A stretch of 64,000 bases of DNA from NCBI GenBank assembly GCA_044353855.1, contig JBILBF010000003.1, forward strand, positions 85,628 through 149,627, read 5' to 3'. The notes under the pieces were generated by a model. That model had not been told where the DNA came from and did not search any database. It worked only from the letters and a program-made list of their open reading frames with translations. Both the position numbers and the translations under genes were made by a program. Shown here one piece after another: positions 42,738 through 53,160 of this stretch; the first letter of the stretch is position 1; the number at the start of each line of letters is the position of its first letter. Origin of the DNA: Bacteroidia bacterium. Its GTDB lineage: Bacteria; Bacteroidota; Bacteroidia; UKL13-3.

Positions 42738-44564
42738 ATGAAACTAAACCCCACGTTTCATTTTATAATTGTACTGTTACCCTTACTGGTTGCTAATTCA
42801 ACTTATGCACAATTGGATAGTTTATACACCCAACAATGGAACCACGACCCGGTTACCAATTTAAATTCTACCAATAGCTCACAACGCCAAATTATTACTG
42901 CTGAACAAATACGTGTGAGTGGATACACTCAATTAAGTGATATCTTTCAATTAATAGATGGATGGACAATTAAATACGATATTGAATATCCAAAACTACA
43001 AAGTAACGGAACAGGCAGTTACAATCACCAAAACTGGGTATTCATGCTAAACGGGCAGCGTATAGAGATGAATAGAGACCCTGTGCTTTATGTAAACCAA
43101 TTGGCTATTCCTGTTTACGATATCGAACGGATAGAAATTGTAAACTCAAATGGTATGTATTTAGGAGAGTATACGCAAAATGGGCTTATCCATATCATTA
43201 CAAAAAAACGCGGTAAAGACGAAGTGAATATCGGAGGAATGGTTAGTACTTATTCTGGTTCAAATTATAGCATTGGGTACAACAAAAATAAACTTCACAT
43301 TAATGGTACGATGGGCTTAATAGGTTCTATTTTTAACAATAATATTTATACTAAAATAGGACTTGTTTCGGGAATTGAGTTTCAATACATAGGAACAAAA
43401 ATATCTCATCAAATACAAACAAAGTCTTTAGGTGAAAACAGAGATGCTAATTATCATTTAATTGGTTACCTTATGCAATGGAATATCAATGAAAAAAATC
43501 AGATTAGACTTTCAAGTACTGCAAATTGGAGTAACCCGTTCTTAGGATATGTGCTTCAAATAAAAAACACGTTACAACACCGCTATTTAAAAAACCACAA
43601 AAAAGGAAATTTTATTTGGCAAAATGGAATAGGATGTGACTACATTAAAAATGTAAGCTATTTTAGTAGTAAACCAGATTATGACTTGCCAATCATTAAA
43701 CCCTACTCTTCCATCAATATTCCCGTCACACGAAAAATAAATTTATTTTCAGATGTTCAAGTAGCATTTGCTCACGATAAAATTGCGCCTAAACTATCTG
43801 TTGGAATGTATAAAAGGGTAAGTCATATTTCCAATTATAGTTTTATTATAGCATACACCGAAAGTCTTTTGGAAGAATCATTTCTGACAACCGTAAACCA
43901 AGAAATTAATGCGATTGCAGGTGCACCCTATTATTACAACCCTAAAATAGCAACAGCCGATTTATACTACAACCTCAATTTTGGCAATAGTGTTAAGTTA
44001 AGCTTCAATTCGGGTTTAAAAAATTCGTATGATTTACCTGATTTCAATTACCGCGTTTTTACAAACCCTCTATATTTTAGCGGATATTATTATACAAAAC
44101 GGTCAACTTCACAATTTAATTGGATTAACCGCATCAATTTGCACTACGATATTGTTAAAAATTTAGTATTCGATATCAATTATATGCATACAAGCATTTT
44201 AAATACCTGGGATGAGAATTTACGTACTATTCCAAAACATAAATTTACTGTTGTGTTGCAATATGATTTAAAGAAAAGATTTACCCTATGGTCGCGTAAT
44301 TATCTGCAATCCAAAACCCAATTTATCAATTATGATGAAGGTTATAGCTTAAGTTCAACAAAACTTCCTGTACTGTTTTCGTGGGATATAGGCTTAAGTA
44401 AAAAGCTCTGGAAAGATTATATACACCTTAACCTAACGGCACGAAATATAGTTATCAGTAACAAAAACTATTTTAACAATTCAATACCATTTAGCACAAG
44501 TATTTTTGTGAGCATTTCTGCAAATATTGATGGTATTGGGAAAGTCAAAACAACTAATCCCTAA
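42738..44564 (+). CDS. TonB-dependent-receptor-like outer-membrane protein (plug + beta-barrel, 608 aa)
   Basis: Signal peptide; plug-like segment ITAEQIRVSGYTQLSDIFQLIDGW…DIERIEIVNSNGMYLGEYTQNGLIHIITKK; alternating amphipathic strands thereafter. Lacks the typical terminal aromatic. Confidence 0.6.
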   Translation: MKLNPTFHFIIVLLPLLVANSTYAQLDSLYTQQWNHDPVTNLNSTNSSQRQIITAEQIRVSGYTQLSDIFQLIDGWTIKYDIEYPKLQSNGTGSYNHQNWVFMLNGQRIEMNRDPVLYVNQLAIPVYDIERIEIVNSNGMYLGEYTQNGLIHIITKKRGKDEVNIGGMVSTYSGSNYSIGYNKNKLHINGTMGLIGSIFNNNIYTKIGLVSGIEFQYIGTKISHQIQTKSLGENRDANYHLIGYLMQWNINEKNQIRLSSTANWSNPFLGYVLQIKNTLQHRYLKNHKKGNFIWQNGIGCDYIKNVSYFSSKPDYDLPIIKPYSSINIPVTRKINLFSDVQVAFAHDKIAPKLSVGMYKRVSHISNYSFIIAYTESLLEESFLTTVNQEINAIAGAPYYYNPKIATADLYYNLNFGNSVKLSFNSGLKNSYDLPDFNYRVFTNPLYFSGYYYTKRSTSQFNWINRINLHYDIVKNLVFDINYMHTSILNTWDENLRTIPKHKFTVVLQYDLKKRFTLWSRNYLQSKTQFINYDEGYSLSSTKLPVLFSWDIGLSKKLWKDYIHLNLTARNIVISNKNYFNNSIPFSTSIFVSISANIDGIGKVKTTNP

Positions 44565-44661
44565 TCCCTAATTTCCATAACCCTAAAGGATCTCAGCCAC
44601 ACTAACCCAATCAACACAATTAACTTGCTCAACACAATTAACAAATCCTTAAATTGCACCC

Positions 44662-46074
44662 GTGAATATTGAGCTTTCAGATCCTATTTTTAAATCATTA
44701 CAACAAGTTATACAACAGCAGCAAGTTGAAGCATACTTGGTGGGCGGATATGTGCGCGATATATTTTTACACCGTACCTCAAAAGATATTGATGTGGTAG
44801 TGGTTGGAGATGGCATAGCCTTGGCCAAAGCATTTGCAGAAGAACACCCTGGAAGTGATTTTGCTTATTTTAAAACCTTTGGAACCGCCATGGTTAAAAC
44901 CAAAGAGTGGGAAGTAGAATTTGTAGGCGCACGCAAGGAATCATACTCCCATAATTCGCGCAAACCAACTGTAGAAACAGGAACATTAACCGATGATCAA
45001 AACCGAAGAGACTTCACCATCAATGCGCTTGCTATCAGTTTGCAATCCCATAATTTTGGTGAATTAGTGGATCCCTTTGGTGGCATAACCGATTTAGATA
45101 ATAAGTGTATTCGCACTCCACTAAATCCTGATATTACCTTTAGTGATGACCCTTTGCGCATGATGCGTGCCATCCGATTTGCAGCACAATTACAATTTGA
45201 TATTATAGATGAAACATATGCATCCATCAAACGAAATATTGAACGCATTCATATTATTTCGGGTGAAAGAATAGCCGATGAGTTAAATAAGATAATGCTT
45301 TCCACAAAACCATCCGTTGGGTTAAAATTATTATTTGATAGTGGATTGCTTGCACTTATTTTTCCTGAATTAGCTGCATTACAAGGGGTAGAAACCAAAG
45401 AAGGTAAAGCACACAAAGATAATTTTTACCATACCCTAATGGTAGTAGATAATATTAGTGAAGAAACGGATAACTTGTGGTTGCGTTGGGCTGCATTGTT
45501 GCATGATATAGCCAAGCCTATTACCAAACGTTTTATTCCAGGTGAAGGATGGACCTTTCATGGACATGAAGATAAAGGCAGCCGAATGGTTTCTAAAATA
45601 TTTAGAAAACTAAAACTTCCGTTAAACGACAAAATGAAGTTTGTTGAAAAAATGGTGGCCTTGCACCACCGCCCAAAAGCTTTGGCAGAAGAAGGTGTAA
45701 CCGATTCGGCCATTCGTAGATTGGTAGTAGATGCTGGTGATAACTTGGAAGATTTGTTCACGCTTTGCCGAGCGGATATGACATCAGCAAACCTGAAAAA
45801 AATTGCTTTTTACCGTCAAAACCTAATTCAAGTGCAACAGCAAGTAGCCGAAGTTGAAGAGCGAGATGCGTTGCGTAATTTTCAGCCACCCGTAACAGGC
45901 GAAGATATTATGCGCATTTTTGGCCTTTCTCCTTCTAAAGAAGTAGGTATACTTAAAACCGAAATAAGGGAAAGTATACTGGATGGAAAAATTAAAAACA
46001 ACCGAGAAGAAGCCTTGCAACTAATGTATGAAAAAGCCCAAACACTTGGGTTAAATCCTATCGAAAAACCATAG
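44662..46074 (+). CDS. tRNA nucleotidyltransferase (CCA-adding)/poly(A) polymerase-family enzyme with HD domain
   Basis: GGYVRDIFLHRTSKDIDVVV nucleotidyltransferase motif, RRDFTINA, HD-domain H…HD residues. GTG start at 44662. Confidence 0.85.
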   Translation: MNIELSDPIFKSLQQVIQQQQVEAYLVGGYVRDIFLHRTSKDIDVVVVGDGIALAKAFAEEHPGSDFAYFKTFGTAMVKTKEWEVEFVGARKESYSHNSRKPTVETGTLTDDQNRRDFTINALAISLQSHNFGELVDPFGGITDLDNKCIRTPLNPDITFSDDPLRMMRAIRFAAQLQFDIIDETYASIKRNIERIHIISGERIADELNKIMLSTKPSVGLKLLFDSGLLALIFPELAALQGVETKEGKAHKDNFYHTLMVVDNISEETDNLWLRWAALLHDIAKPITKRFIPGEGWTFHGHEDKGSRMVSKIFRKLKLPLNDKMKFVEKMVALHHRPKALAEEGVTDSAIRRLVVDAGDNLEDLFTLCRADMTSANLKKIAFYRQNLIQVQQQVAEVEERDALRNFQPPVTGEDIMRIFGLSPSKEVGILKTEIRESILDGKIKNNREEALQLMYEKAQTLGLNPIEKP

Positions 46075-46109
46075 CCGATTTCATTTATATTTGTCTCCAT
46101 TTTAAAACT

Positions 46110-46964
46110 ATGCGTAACACTATTCTCGTATCCATCTTATCCATATTTATTATTGGAACCACTCTTTCACTCGGTTCGTGCAAAAGCGAAGAAGATAAAA
46201 GTTTTGATGATCCCTGCGGAGGTAAAGCTCCAGGTGGACTGACAGGGTTGCTTATTTCTGTTGAACAAGATATTGTATTAGGCCAAACAGTTGTTGATCA
46301 AATTGATTCCAATAAAGCCGAATACCCTGTGTTGGATTCAGTAACTTATGCAGTAGCATATGCTCATATTTACCGCATACGCGATAATATTTTAAACTCA
46401 GGAAAAGTGTATTACAAAAATACCTTTCCATGGAAAATTAAACTCATTAAGGATGACAATACCTTAAATGCATTTTGTACACCTGGAGGTTTTATTTATG
46501 TATACACAGGCATTATAAAATACTTGGACAATGAAACACAACTAGCGGGTGTTATGGGACACGAAATTGCCCATGCCGACAGGCGACACAGTGCAAAACA
46601 AATGTTGCAACAAACAGGAGCACAAACATTAATACAGATTCTCACCAGTGGCTCAACTCAGGAATTAGCAACACTCGGTAATAACTTGCTTGCGCTTAAA
46701 TTTAGTAGAAATGATGAAACCGAAGCGGATGATTATTCGGTAAGGTATTTATTGGGAACTGAATATGATGCTCAAGGAGCCAAATACTTTTTTCAAAAAA
46801 TAAGTGCATCAGGTTCACAAACACCTCCTGAATTTTTAAGCACACACCCAAACCCTGCTAATAGAGTAGTAAATATTGAAGAAACATGGAAATGCTTGGG
46901 TAGCGGAGGCAATACAGGCACTTTTGATGCCCGGTATGCAACGTTTAAAAGTAGTTTGCCTTAG
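46110..46964 (+). CDS. M48-family zinc metalloprotease lipoprotein
   Basis: Lipobox (LSLGSC), HEIAHADRRH (HExxH) and downstream E…D ligand region. Confidence 0.85.
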   Translation: MRNTILVSILSIFIIGTTLSLGSCKSEEDKSFDDPCGGKAPGGLTGLLISVEQDIVLGQTVVDQIDSNKAEYPVLDSVTYAVAYAHIYRIRDNILNSGKVYYKNTFPWKIKLIKDDNTLNAFCTPGGFIYVYTGIIKYLDNETQLAGVMGHEIAHADRRHSAKQMLQQTGAQTLIQILTSGSTQELATLGNNLLALKFSRNDETEADDYSVRYLLGTEYDAQGAKYFFQKISASGSQTPPEFLSTHPNPANRVVNIEETWKCLGSGGNTGTFDARYATFKSSLP

Positions 46965-47064
46965 CACTTTAACTCTATACTAAATAGATTAAGAGACAAC
47001 CTGCTTTAGTATAATCATTTTCCTAAATAAGAAGTTACGTTAACGAGATTATCTCCAATTTGAT

Positions 47065-49743
47065 TTACAATGAAAGTAACCCGCCTTTAATTATTTCTAT
47101 TTTAGCAACTGCATCTGCTCTTTTTTGACGTTCCTTTTCAACCAATTCGGGCTTGGCATTGGCTACAAATCTTTCGTTACTCAATTTTGTATCTACTGAT
47201 ATCAAAAAGCCTTCTAAGTAGGCTAATTCTTTGGTTAGTTTTTCCTTTTCTACTGCTGCATCTATTTCAATATTTAACTGAACATACACTTCATCAGTTG
47301 CAACTTGAATGGCTGTTGCACCTTCTGTTTTTTCAGATACAAACAATAGCTCAGTTACATTCCCTAATTTTTTTATTATGTTTTCTGCTACTACATATCC
47401 GTTAGGTTCATTTGTTTTAATAGCAATATCAAAAGCTTCCTTTGGACTTATTCCGTAAGCGTTTCGGAGTTCACGTATTTTAGTAATAGTTTCAAATGCA
47501 CGATCTAAGTTGACAAGCGTTGCTTGATTTGGTATTGGGTAAGATGAGATACAAATAGAATCACCTGCTTTCCGTTGCGTCATGTTTTGCCACAACTCTT
47601 CTGTTACAAATGGCATAAATGGATGTAATACCTTCATCAAGTTTTCAAAAAACAGAATCGTTTGATCATACGTTGATTGATTAATGGGTTGCTCGTAGGC
47701 AGGTTTAATCATTTCTAAATACCAAGCACAAAAATCATCCCATATCAATTTGTATATCATCATCAAAGCTTCACTCAATTTATAGTCTGAGTACTTCAGT
47801 TCTATTTCTTTGATATTGTCGTTTAAGCGACCAGCAAACCATTCGGCACTTAGTTTATTACTATTCAGTATTTCGGAACTAAATTCAGAATCAGGTTTAA
47901 TTTCCCATCCTTTCACCAAGCGGAAAGCATTCCAAATTTTGTTGCTAAAATTACGTCCTTGTTCTACCAAACTTTCATCAAATAAAATATCATTCCCCGC
48001 AGGCGAACACAACAACATTCCCATGCGTACTCCATCAGCTCCATATTGTGCTATTAAATCCAAGGGATCAGGAGAATTACCGAGCGATTTGCTCATTTTT
48101 CTTCGTTGTTTATCGCGAACAATACCAGTGTAATACACATTACTGAAAGGCTTCTCTCCCATCCACTCGTAACCAGCCATAATCATACGTGCTACCCAAA
48201 AGAACATAATTTCGGGAGCTGTTACCAAATCGTTGGTTGGGTAAAAATACTTAATGTCTTTATTGCCTTTATCTTTAAAACCATCAAATACACTAATGGG
48301 CCACAACCAAGAGCTGAACCAAGTATCCAATACATCTTCATCTTGTCGTAATTGCCCAAATTCGAATTTCGAATTTCGAATTTCGAGTTTTTGAATTGCT
48401 TCTATTTCTGTTTTAGCTACAACATAACTTCCATCGGGAGCATACCAAGCAGGTATTTGTTGACCCCACCACAATTGGCGGCTAATACACCAATCTTTAA
48501 TATTATCAATCCAATGCTTGTATGTATTTTTCATATTGGCAGGATGAAACTTTATGTCATCGTTCATTACTGCATCCAATACTTGCGGATGTTTAGCCAA
48601 AAACTTTTTCATGTCCACCCACCACTGCAAAGTTAACCTTGGTTCAATTACAGCACCTGTTCTTTCGCTTGTACCAACTTGGTTTTTGTACTCCTCAATT
48701 TTTACGATATGACCCGCTTCTTCTAAATCAATGGCAATTTGTTTTCGAACTGCAAAACGATCTTTTCCAATATATCTTGCATCAAGTGCTTTCTCATTTA
48801 AAAATCCTTCTTCAGTTAAAATATCAATAACTTCGAGGTTGTATTTTTTACCAAGCTCGTAATCATTTTTATCGTGAGCTGGAGTAACTTTTAAACAGCC
48901 AGTTCCAAAGTCCATCGTTACATAGTCATCTGCAATAATGAATATCTCTTTATTGATAAATGGAATCAATACTTTTTTTCCAATCAAGTGTTTAAATCTT
49001 TCATCGCCAGGGTTAACACAAATGGCAGCATCAGCTAAAATAGTTTCGGGGCGTGTAGTTGCAATCGTTATAAAATCTGGACCATCAACTTTTGAATCTC
49101 TTATTTCTGATTTAGAATTTTCGGTTAAAAAATATTTTATATAGTACAATTTCGATTGTACATCTTTAAAAATAACCTCTTCATCACTTAATGCTGTTTT
49201 GCCTTGCGGATCCCAATTTACCATACGTAGTTCGCGGTAAATAAGTCCTTTTTCATATAGGTCAATAAACACTTCAATTACGGCTTCACTTAAGCTAGGC
49301 TCCATCGTAAATCTGGTTCTATCCCAATCACAACTTGCACCCAATTTTTCGAGTTGTTTTAAAATGATTCCTCCGTATTTCTCTTTCCATTCCCAAGCAT
49401 ATTTCAAAAATTCGGCTCTACTCAAATCCGATTTTTTAATACCACGCTCACGCAATAATTGAACAACTTTAGCTTCGGTGGCAATACTTGCATGATCGGT
49501 ACCTGGAACCCAACACGCATTTTTACCTTGCATACGAGCTTTGCGAACCAATACATCCTGTATGGTATTATTGAGCATATGCCCCATATGTAAAACCCCT
49601 GTTACATTGGGCGGAGGTATTACTACAGTATAGGGTTCACGTTCATCAGGTGTGGCTGCAAAATATTTTTGACTTAACCAATATTGATACCACTTATCTT
49701 CAATGGCTTGTGGCGAATAGGTTTTAGGAATTTCGTTACTCAT
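47065..49743 (-). CDS. valS: Valine--tRNA ligase
   Basis: HIGH (HMGHMLN), KMSKS (KMSKSLGN), editing-domain and C-terminal coiled-coil. Contains the in-frame (GAAATTC)3 tract at 48358-48387. Confidence 0.97.
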   Translation of the reverse strand: MSNEIPKTYSPQAIEDKWYQYWLSQKYFAATPDEREPYTVVIPPPNVTGVLHMGHMLNNTIQDVLVRKARMQGKNACWVPGTDHASIATEAKVVQLLRERGIKKSDLSRAEFLKYAWEWKEKYGGIILKQLEKLGASCDWDRTRFTMEPSLSEAVIEVFIDLYEKGLIYRELRMVNWDPQGKTALSDEEVIFKDVQSKLYYIKYFLTENSKSEIRDSKVDGPDFITIATTRPETILADAAICVNPGDERFKHLIGKKVLIPFINKEIFIIADDYVTMDFGTGCLKVTPAHDKNDYELGKKYNLEVIDILTEEGFLNEKALDARYIGKDRFAVRKQIAIDLEEAGHIVKIEEYKNQVGTSERTGAVIEPRLTLQWWVDMKKFLAKHPQVLDAVMNDDIKFHPANMKNTYKHWIDNIKDWCISRQLWWGQQIPAWYAPDGSYVVAKTEIEAIQKLEIRNSKFEFGQLRQDEDVLDTWFSSWLWPISVFDGFKDKGNKDIKYFYPTNDLVTAPEIMFFWVARMIMAGYEWMGEKPFSNVYYTGIVRDKQRRKMSKSLGNSPDPLDLIAQYGADGVRMGMLLCSPAGNDILFDESLVEQGRNFSNKIWNAFRLVKGWEIKPDSEFSSEILNSNKLSAEWFAGRLNDNIKEIELKYSDYKLSEALMMIYKLIWDDFCAWYLEMIKPAYEQPINQSTYDQTILFFENLMKVLHPFMPFVTEELWQNMTQRKAGDSICISSYPIPNQATLVNLDRAFETITKIRELRNAYGISPKEAFDIAIKTNEPNGYVVAENIIKKLGNVTELLFVSEKTEGATAIQVATDEVYVQLNIEIDAAVEKEKLTKELAYLEGFLISVDTKLSNERFVANAKPELVEKERQKRADAVAKIEIIKGGLLSL
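48358..48387. repeat. Heptanucleotide tandem repeat (GAATTTC)3 on + strand = (GAAATTC)3 on valS coding strand, encoding LEIRNSKFE in-frame
   Basis: Read directly: TTCGAATTTCGAATTTCGAATTTCGAG. 26/27 identical to the tract at 54964-54990. Confidence 0.9.
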
Positions 49744-49795
49744 AATATGGATTCAAAAATAATGGCTAAAATATTGGAATGAAAATAAAATAAAA

Positions 49796-49835
49796 CAAAA
49801 AACCCTATCTGCTTGTGAGCTGACAGGGTTAGTTG
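49796..49835 (-). terminator. Rho-independent terminator of the rpsP-rimM-trmD-rplS operon (AACCCTGTCAGC…GCAGATAGGGTT stem then TTTTTTGTTTT on coding strand)
   Basis: Read in sequence downstream of rplS. Confidence 0.6.
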
Positions 49836-49854
49836 CAATTTAACTATGAAAAAA

Positions 49855-50208
49855 TTAACCTCTTCTTTCTTTAATTTTTGCGTTTTTACCTTTAGCATCA
49901 CGTAAATAGAATATACGTGCTCTGCGGACTTTACCACGGCTAATCAATTCCACTTTATCAATATTTGCACTGAATAAAGGGAAGATACGTTCAACACCCA
50001 CACCATTCGAAATTTTACGAACAGTAAAGGTAGAACTGATACCCGTATTTCTGCGTTGCAATACTATACCTTGGTACTGTTGAATACGTTCTTTAACACC
50101 TTCACGGATTTTATAATATACATTTACGGTATCACCAGCTGCAAAAGTGGGTACTGTTTTACTGGTAAACTCTGATTCTACTAATTTAATTGCTTCTACT
50201 GCGTTCAT
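49855..50208 (-). CDS. rplS: 50S ribosomal protein L19
   Basis: Canonical L19 sequence (…[16 protein letters not shown]…[10 protein letters not shown]…). Confidence 0.95.
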   Translation of the reverse strand: MNAVEAIKLVESEFTSKTVPTFAAGDTVNVYYKIREGVKERIQQYQGIVLQRRNTGISSTFTVRKISNGVGVERIFPLFSANIDKVELISRGKVRRARIFYLRDAKGKNAKIKERRG

Positions 50209-50311
50209 AACGATTTTCTTAAATGGGATGCGAAAATAGGACTATATACGTAAATACAAAAATTATTTACAAAAAAAGATGAATCATTTTGAACTAGCAA
50301 AACCGTTTCAG

Positions 50312-50986
50312 CTATTTCAACAAATCGGGTCTGCGTTGTTTGGTGCGCAATAAGCTTTGTTCGTGACGCCATTCATCCACTTTGGCTTGGTGCCCGCTGA
50401 GCAGTATCTCAGGAACTTTCCATCCATTGTATTCTGCAGGACGGGTATAAACGGGTGGACTTATTAAGTCATCTTGAAAAGAATCGCTTAAAGCCGACTG
50501 CTCGTCATTTAACACACCAGGAATCAACCTCACTACTGCATCAACAATAGTTGCTGCTGCCAACTCACCACCCGTAAGCACAAAACTACCAATCGAAATT
50601 TCTCGGGTTACCAAATGTTCCCTTACACGTTCGTCAACTCCTTTATAATGCCCACACAAAAATAGCAAATTTTGTTTGGTCGAAAGTTGGTTCGCTATTT
50701 TCTGATCAAATACTTCGCCATCAGGGCTCAAATATATTACTTCATCATACGTGCGTTGCTCGTTTAAAGCTGTTATGCACTTATCAATAGGTTCAATTTG
50801 CATCACCAATCCAGCACCTCCACCAAATGGGTAATCATCCACATTTTTATGCTTATTGGTCGAATAATCACGAATATTTACACAGTTAATTTCCACCAAC
50901 CCTTTTTGCACCGCACGTTTTATCATCGAGTGGGCAAATGGACTTTCGAACATTTCAGGAAAGAGCGTAAGTATATCTATGTGCAT
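50312..50986 (-). CDS. trmD: tRNA (guanine37-N1)-methyltransferase
   Basis: [14 protein letters not shown]-terminus and SPOUT-knot blocks. Confidence 0.93.
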   Translation of the reverse strand: MHIDILTLFPEMFESPFAHSMIKRAVQKGLVEINCVNIRDYSTNKHKNVDDYPFGGGAGLVMQIEPIDKCITALNEQRTYDEVIYLSPDGEVFDQKIANQLSTKQNLLFLCGHYKGVDERVREHLVTREISIGSFVLTGGELAAATIVDAVVRLIPGVLNDEQSALSDSFQDDLISPPVYTRPAEYNGWKVPEILLSGHQAKVDEWRHEQSLLRTKQRRPDLLK

Positions 50987-50987
50987 T

Positions 50988-51578
50988 TTAAATAGCTAGT
51001 AAACCATCAGGTAATTGCAGAAAAATCGTTCGTTTAGTTTCGTCTATTTCAGTAATAAAAGCTTCAACAGCTGGTATCAGAACTTCTGTTCCTAAATAGC
51101 GGGTTCTAATTAAAAGTTGATTGGGATATTCTTCTATTGCTTCAACAATACCTATTGGACCAAGATGAACATCAAAAAGTGTAAATCCAGTAAAGTCATC
51201 TTCTGCATGCAAATCGCTTTTGCTTCGTTTGCCTCTTAGCTGCAATATAGTCATTCCAACATAAGCAGATGCACTTTCAACAGAATCAACATCCTTTAGT
51301 TTGAGTAATGCTTCATCATCAAATGTAGCATGTAGCGATTGTACATAAAATGGAACGGGCTTTCCCTGAATTTCAAGGAAAGCCCATTCTTTAATTGGTT
51401 TACCAGAAGTGATTGAAATTCGCATTTCCCCTTTGGTTCCATGCGTTTTATCAATTGTTCCAATAGTAATAAAATCTCTTCTTGCGATTGATTTAATGCC
51501 TATTTGTTTATTTTCTTTTTGGGGCATTGAATTCGCCTTTAAAAATTTATCTGATGAAGAAGCGTTTGAATGGCTCAT
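50988..51578 (-). CDS. rimM: 16S rRNA processing protein RimM
   Basis: RimM N-domain ([16 protein letters not shown]) plus PRC barrel. Start may be the internal Met (51527). Confidence 0.85.
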   Translation of the reverse strand: MSHSNASSSDKFLKANSMPQKENKQIGIKSIARRDFITIGTIDKTHGTKGEMRISITSGKPIKEWAFLEIQGKPVPFYVQSLHATFDDEALLKLKDVDSVESASAYVGMTILQLRGKRSKSDLHAEDDFTGFTLFDVHLGPIGIVEAIEEYPNQLLIRTRYLGTEVLIPAVEAFITEIDETKRTIFLQLPDGLLAI

Positions 51579-51593
51579 TTCATCTGTAAAAAA

Positions 51594-52190
51594 TTATTCT
51601 GCTGTTTCTGTAGTTTCTGCTTCAGTTGCCGGAGCTTCTTCAGTTGCAGGAGCCTCTTCAGTGGCAACAACCTCATCAGTCACAACTTCTTCTTCAGCAA
51701 CTTCCACTACTGGATTAGCAGCAGCTTCAGCAGCAGCAAGTTTTTCTGCAATTTTTTGCAATCTTGCTTCTTTCACTTTTCCTTCTTCCGTCAATTTTGC
51801 AGCATTTCTGTCTGTAATTGATTGTTGATGGCGATCGCCATGAGCTGATACTTTGTTTTCTTTTTCAGCTGTCCAAGTAGCAAACTTAGCCATAGCAGCT
51901 TCTTCAGTTAATGCACCTTTGCGCACACCAGCTAATAAATGGTGTTTGTAAAGTACGCCTTTGTACGAAAGAATTGCACGACAAGTGTCTGTTGGTTGTG
52001 CACCTTTTTCTAACCATGATAGTGCTTTGTCTGCATCGAGTTCGATAGTAGCTGGAACAGTTTGCGGTTTGTAATAACCAATGTTCTCAATAAATTTACC
52101 ATCTCTCGGAGCACGTGAATCCGCCACCACAATGTGATAATAAGGCGCTTGTTTGCGTCCATGACGCTGTAATCTAATTTTTACTGACAT
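51594..52190 (-). CDS. rpsP: 30S ribosomal protein S16 with ~110-aa acidic Ala/Glu/Thr-rich C-terminal extension
   Basis: [35 protein letters not shown]… canonical bS16. C-terminal tail has tandem EEAPAT repeats (18-bp DNA repeats at ~51610-51700). Confidence 0.93.
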   Translation of the reverse strand: MSVKIRLQRHGRKQAPYYHIVVADSRAPRDGKFIENIGYYKPQTVPATIELDADKALSWLEKGAQPTDTCRAILSYKGVLYKHHLLAGVRKGALTEEAAMAKFATWTAEKENKVSAHGDRHQQSITDRNAAKLTEEGKVKEARLQKIAEKLAAAEAAANPVVEVAEEEVVTDEVVATEEAPATEEAPATEAETTETAE

Positions 52191-52483
52191 ATATTTATGT
52201 TTTTAATCCCTGGGTCTCCACACCAGCGGGCGGCAAATATGAGCTAATTTCTAATTATTTCCAAGCATAGATTAAAAATATTGTTGATGCTTTGTGGCTG
52301 TAAGGCTTTATTGTTATGTATGTTAACCATGCATTGCTCAAACTTTGTAACGGCTTAAAATAATCCCAAACAAAAAGAAGTGTTATCAATGTTGAAACTG
52401 AAAAACAAAAATTAGTATATTCGTTTTACAAACTACTCATTAACAAGAAATTATATTTAGTTATATTTTTATTTCTATTTTCA

Positions 52484-53116
52484 TTGAAGTCTAATTTGAA
52501 TGCTCAGATTTTAGCTTATAATGAGAGAATAAGTGCATTTTCTGAAAACCAAACCAGCAACAACATAAAAACCAAACCCGCTAGTTACAATTCCCTTGGG
52601 TATAATATACCGTTTGGTGCTAAAGATATCATAGTTGGTGGAACTTCATCGGTTTACAAAAAATTTGGCACTTTTATATCTTACAATGTGGGTATCCAAA
52701 ATTTTATGATGCCAACTCAAGGTGAAAAAGGTGAATTTTCGTTTGATAATGTGATTGAAAATGGTTGGACAATAACGGGAAACACTGAACAATCTGTAGC
52801 TTTTATGTTTAATGGTGGGATGGCTGTTGCACTTACCCGTAAAATACCTTTATACTTTGGTGCTGGTATAACACGATACCGAGAATTTTTTGAATACATT
52901 GACCCGTTTGACAATAAAACTAAATGGAACGTGAATGAAAGTAGAACAAGGATTGAAGTTAATTATTCAGCCGGAATTTTTCTCCCTTTGTTTAGTCGAT
53001 TGGTATTAAATGTTGGATACAACCACAATCCTCAATGTGTGTTTGTAGGATTAGCTATTTCGGGAATTTACAACTATGAAGATGCTGACGATTGGTGGTG
53101 GGGAGCAAATAGATAA
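52484..53116 (+). CDS. Hypothetical protein, probable small outer-membrane beta-barrel (210 aa as called; TTG start, possibly N-terminally extended)
   Basis: Alternating aromatic/hydrophilic strand pattern, terminal aromatic cluster. The frame is open upstream to 52402 with a hydrophobic signal-like stretch but no ATG. Confidence 0.4.
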   Translation: MKSNLNAQILAYNERISAFSENQTSNNIKTKPASYNSLGYNIPFGAKDIIVGGTSSVYKKFGTFISYNVGIQNFMMPTQGEKGEFSFDNVIENGWTITGNTEQSVAFMFNGGMAVALTRKIPLYFGAGITRYREFFEYIDPFDNKTKWNVNESRTRIEVNYSAGIFLPLFSRLVLNVGYNHNPQCVFVGLAISGIYNYEDADDWWWGANR

Positions 53117-53160
53117 TACCTTATTAATATACCCAACAAATAATTCTGAACTTTACACAA

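Noticed and set aside
47187-49144. Series of + strand ORFs (47187-47405, 47810-48133, 48106-48351, 48352-48636, 48639-48830, 48938-49144)
   Set aside because: All are antisense to the continuous, motif-rich valS CDS; low-complexity translations with no motifs.
51409-51828. + strand ORFs overlapping rimM/rpsP (Ser/Ala/Val-rich)
   Set aside because: Antisense of the repetitive acidic tail of rpsP; repeat-driven open frame, not a gene.
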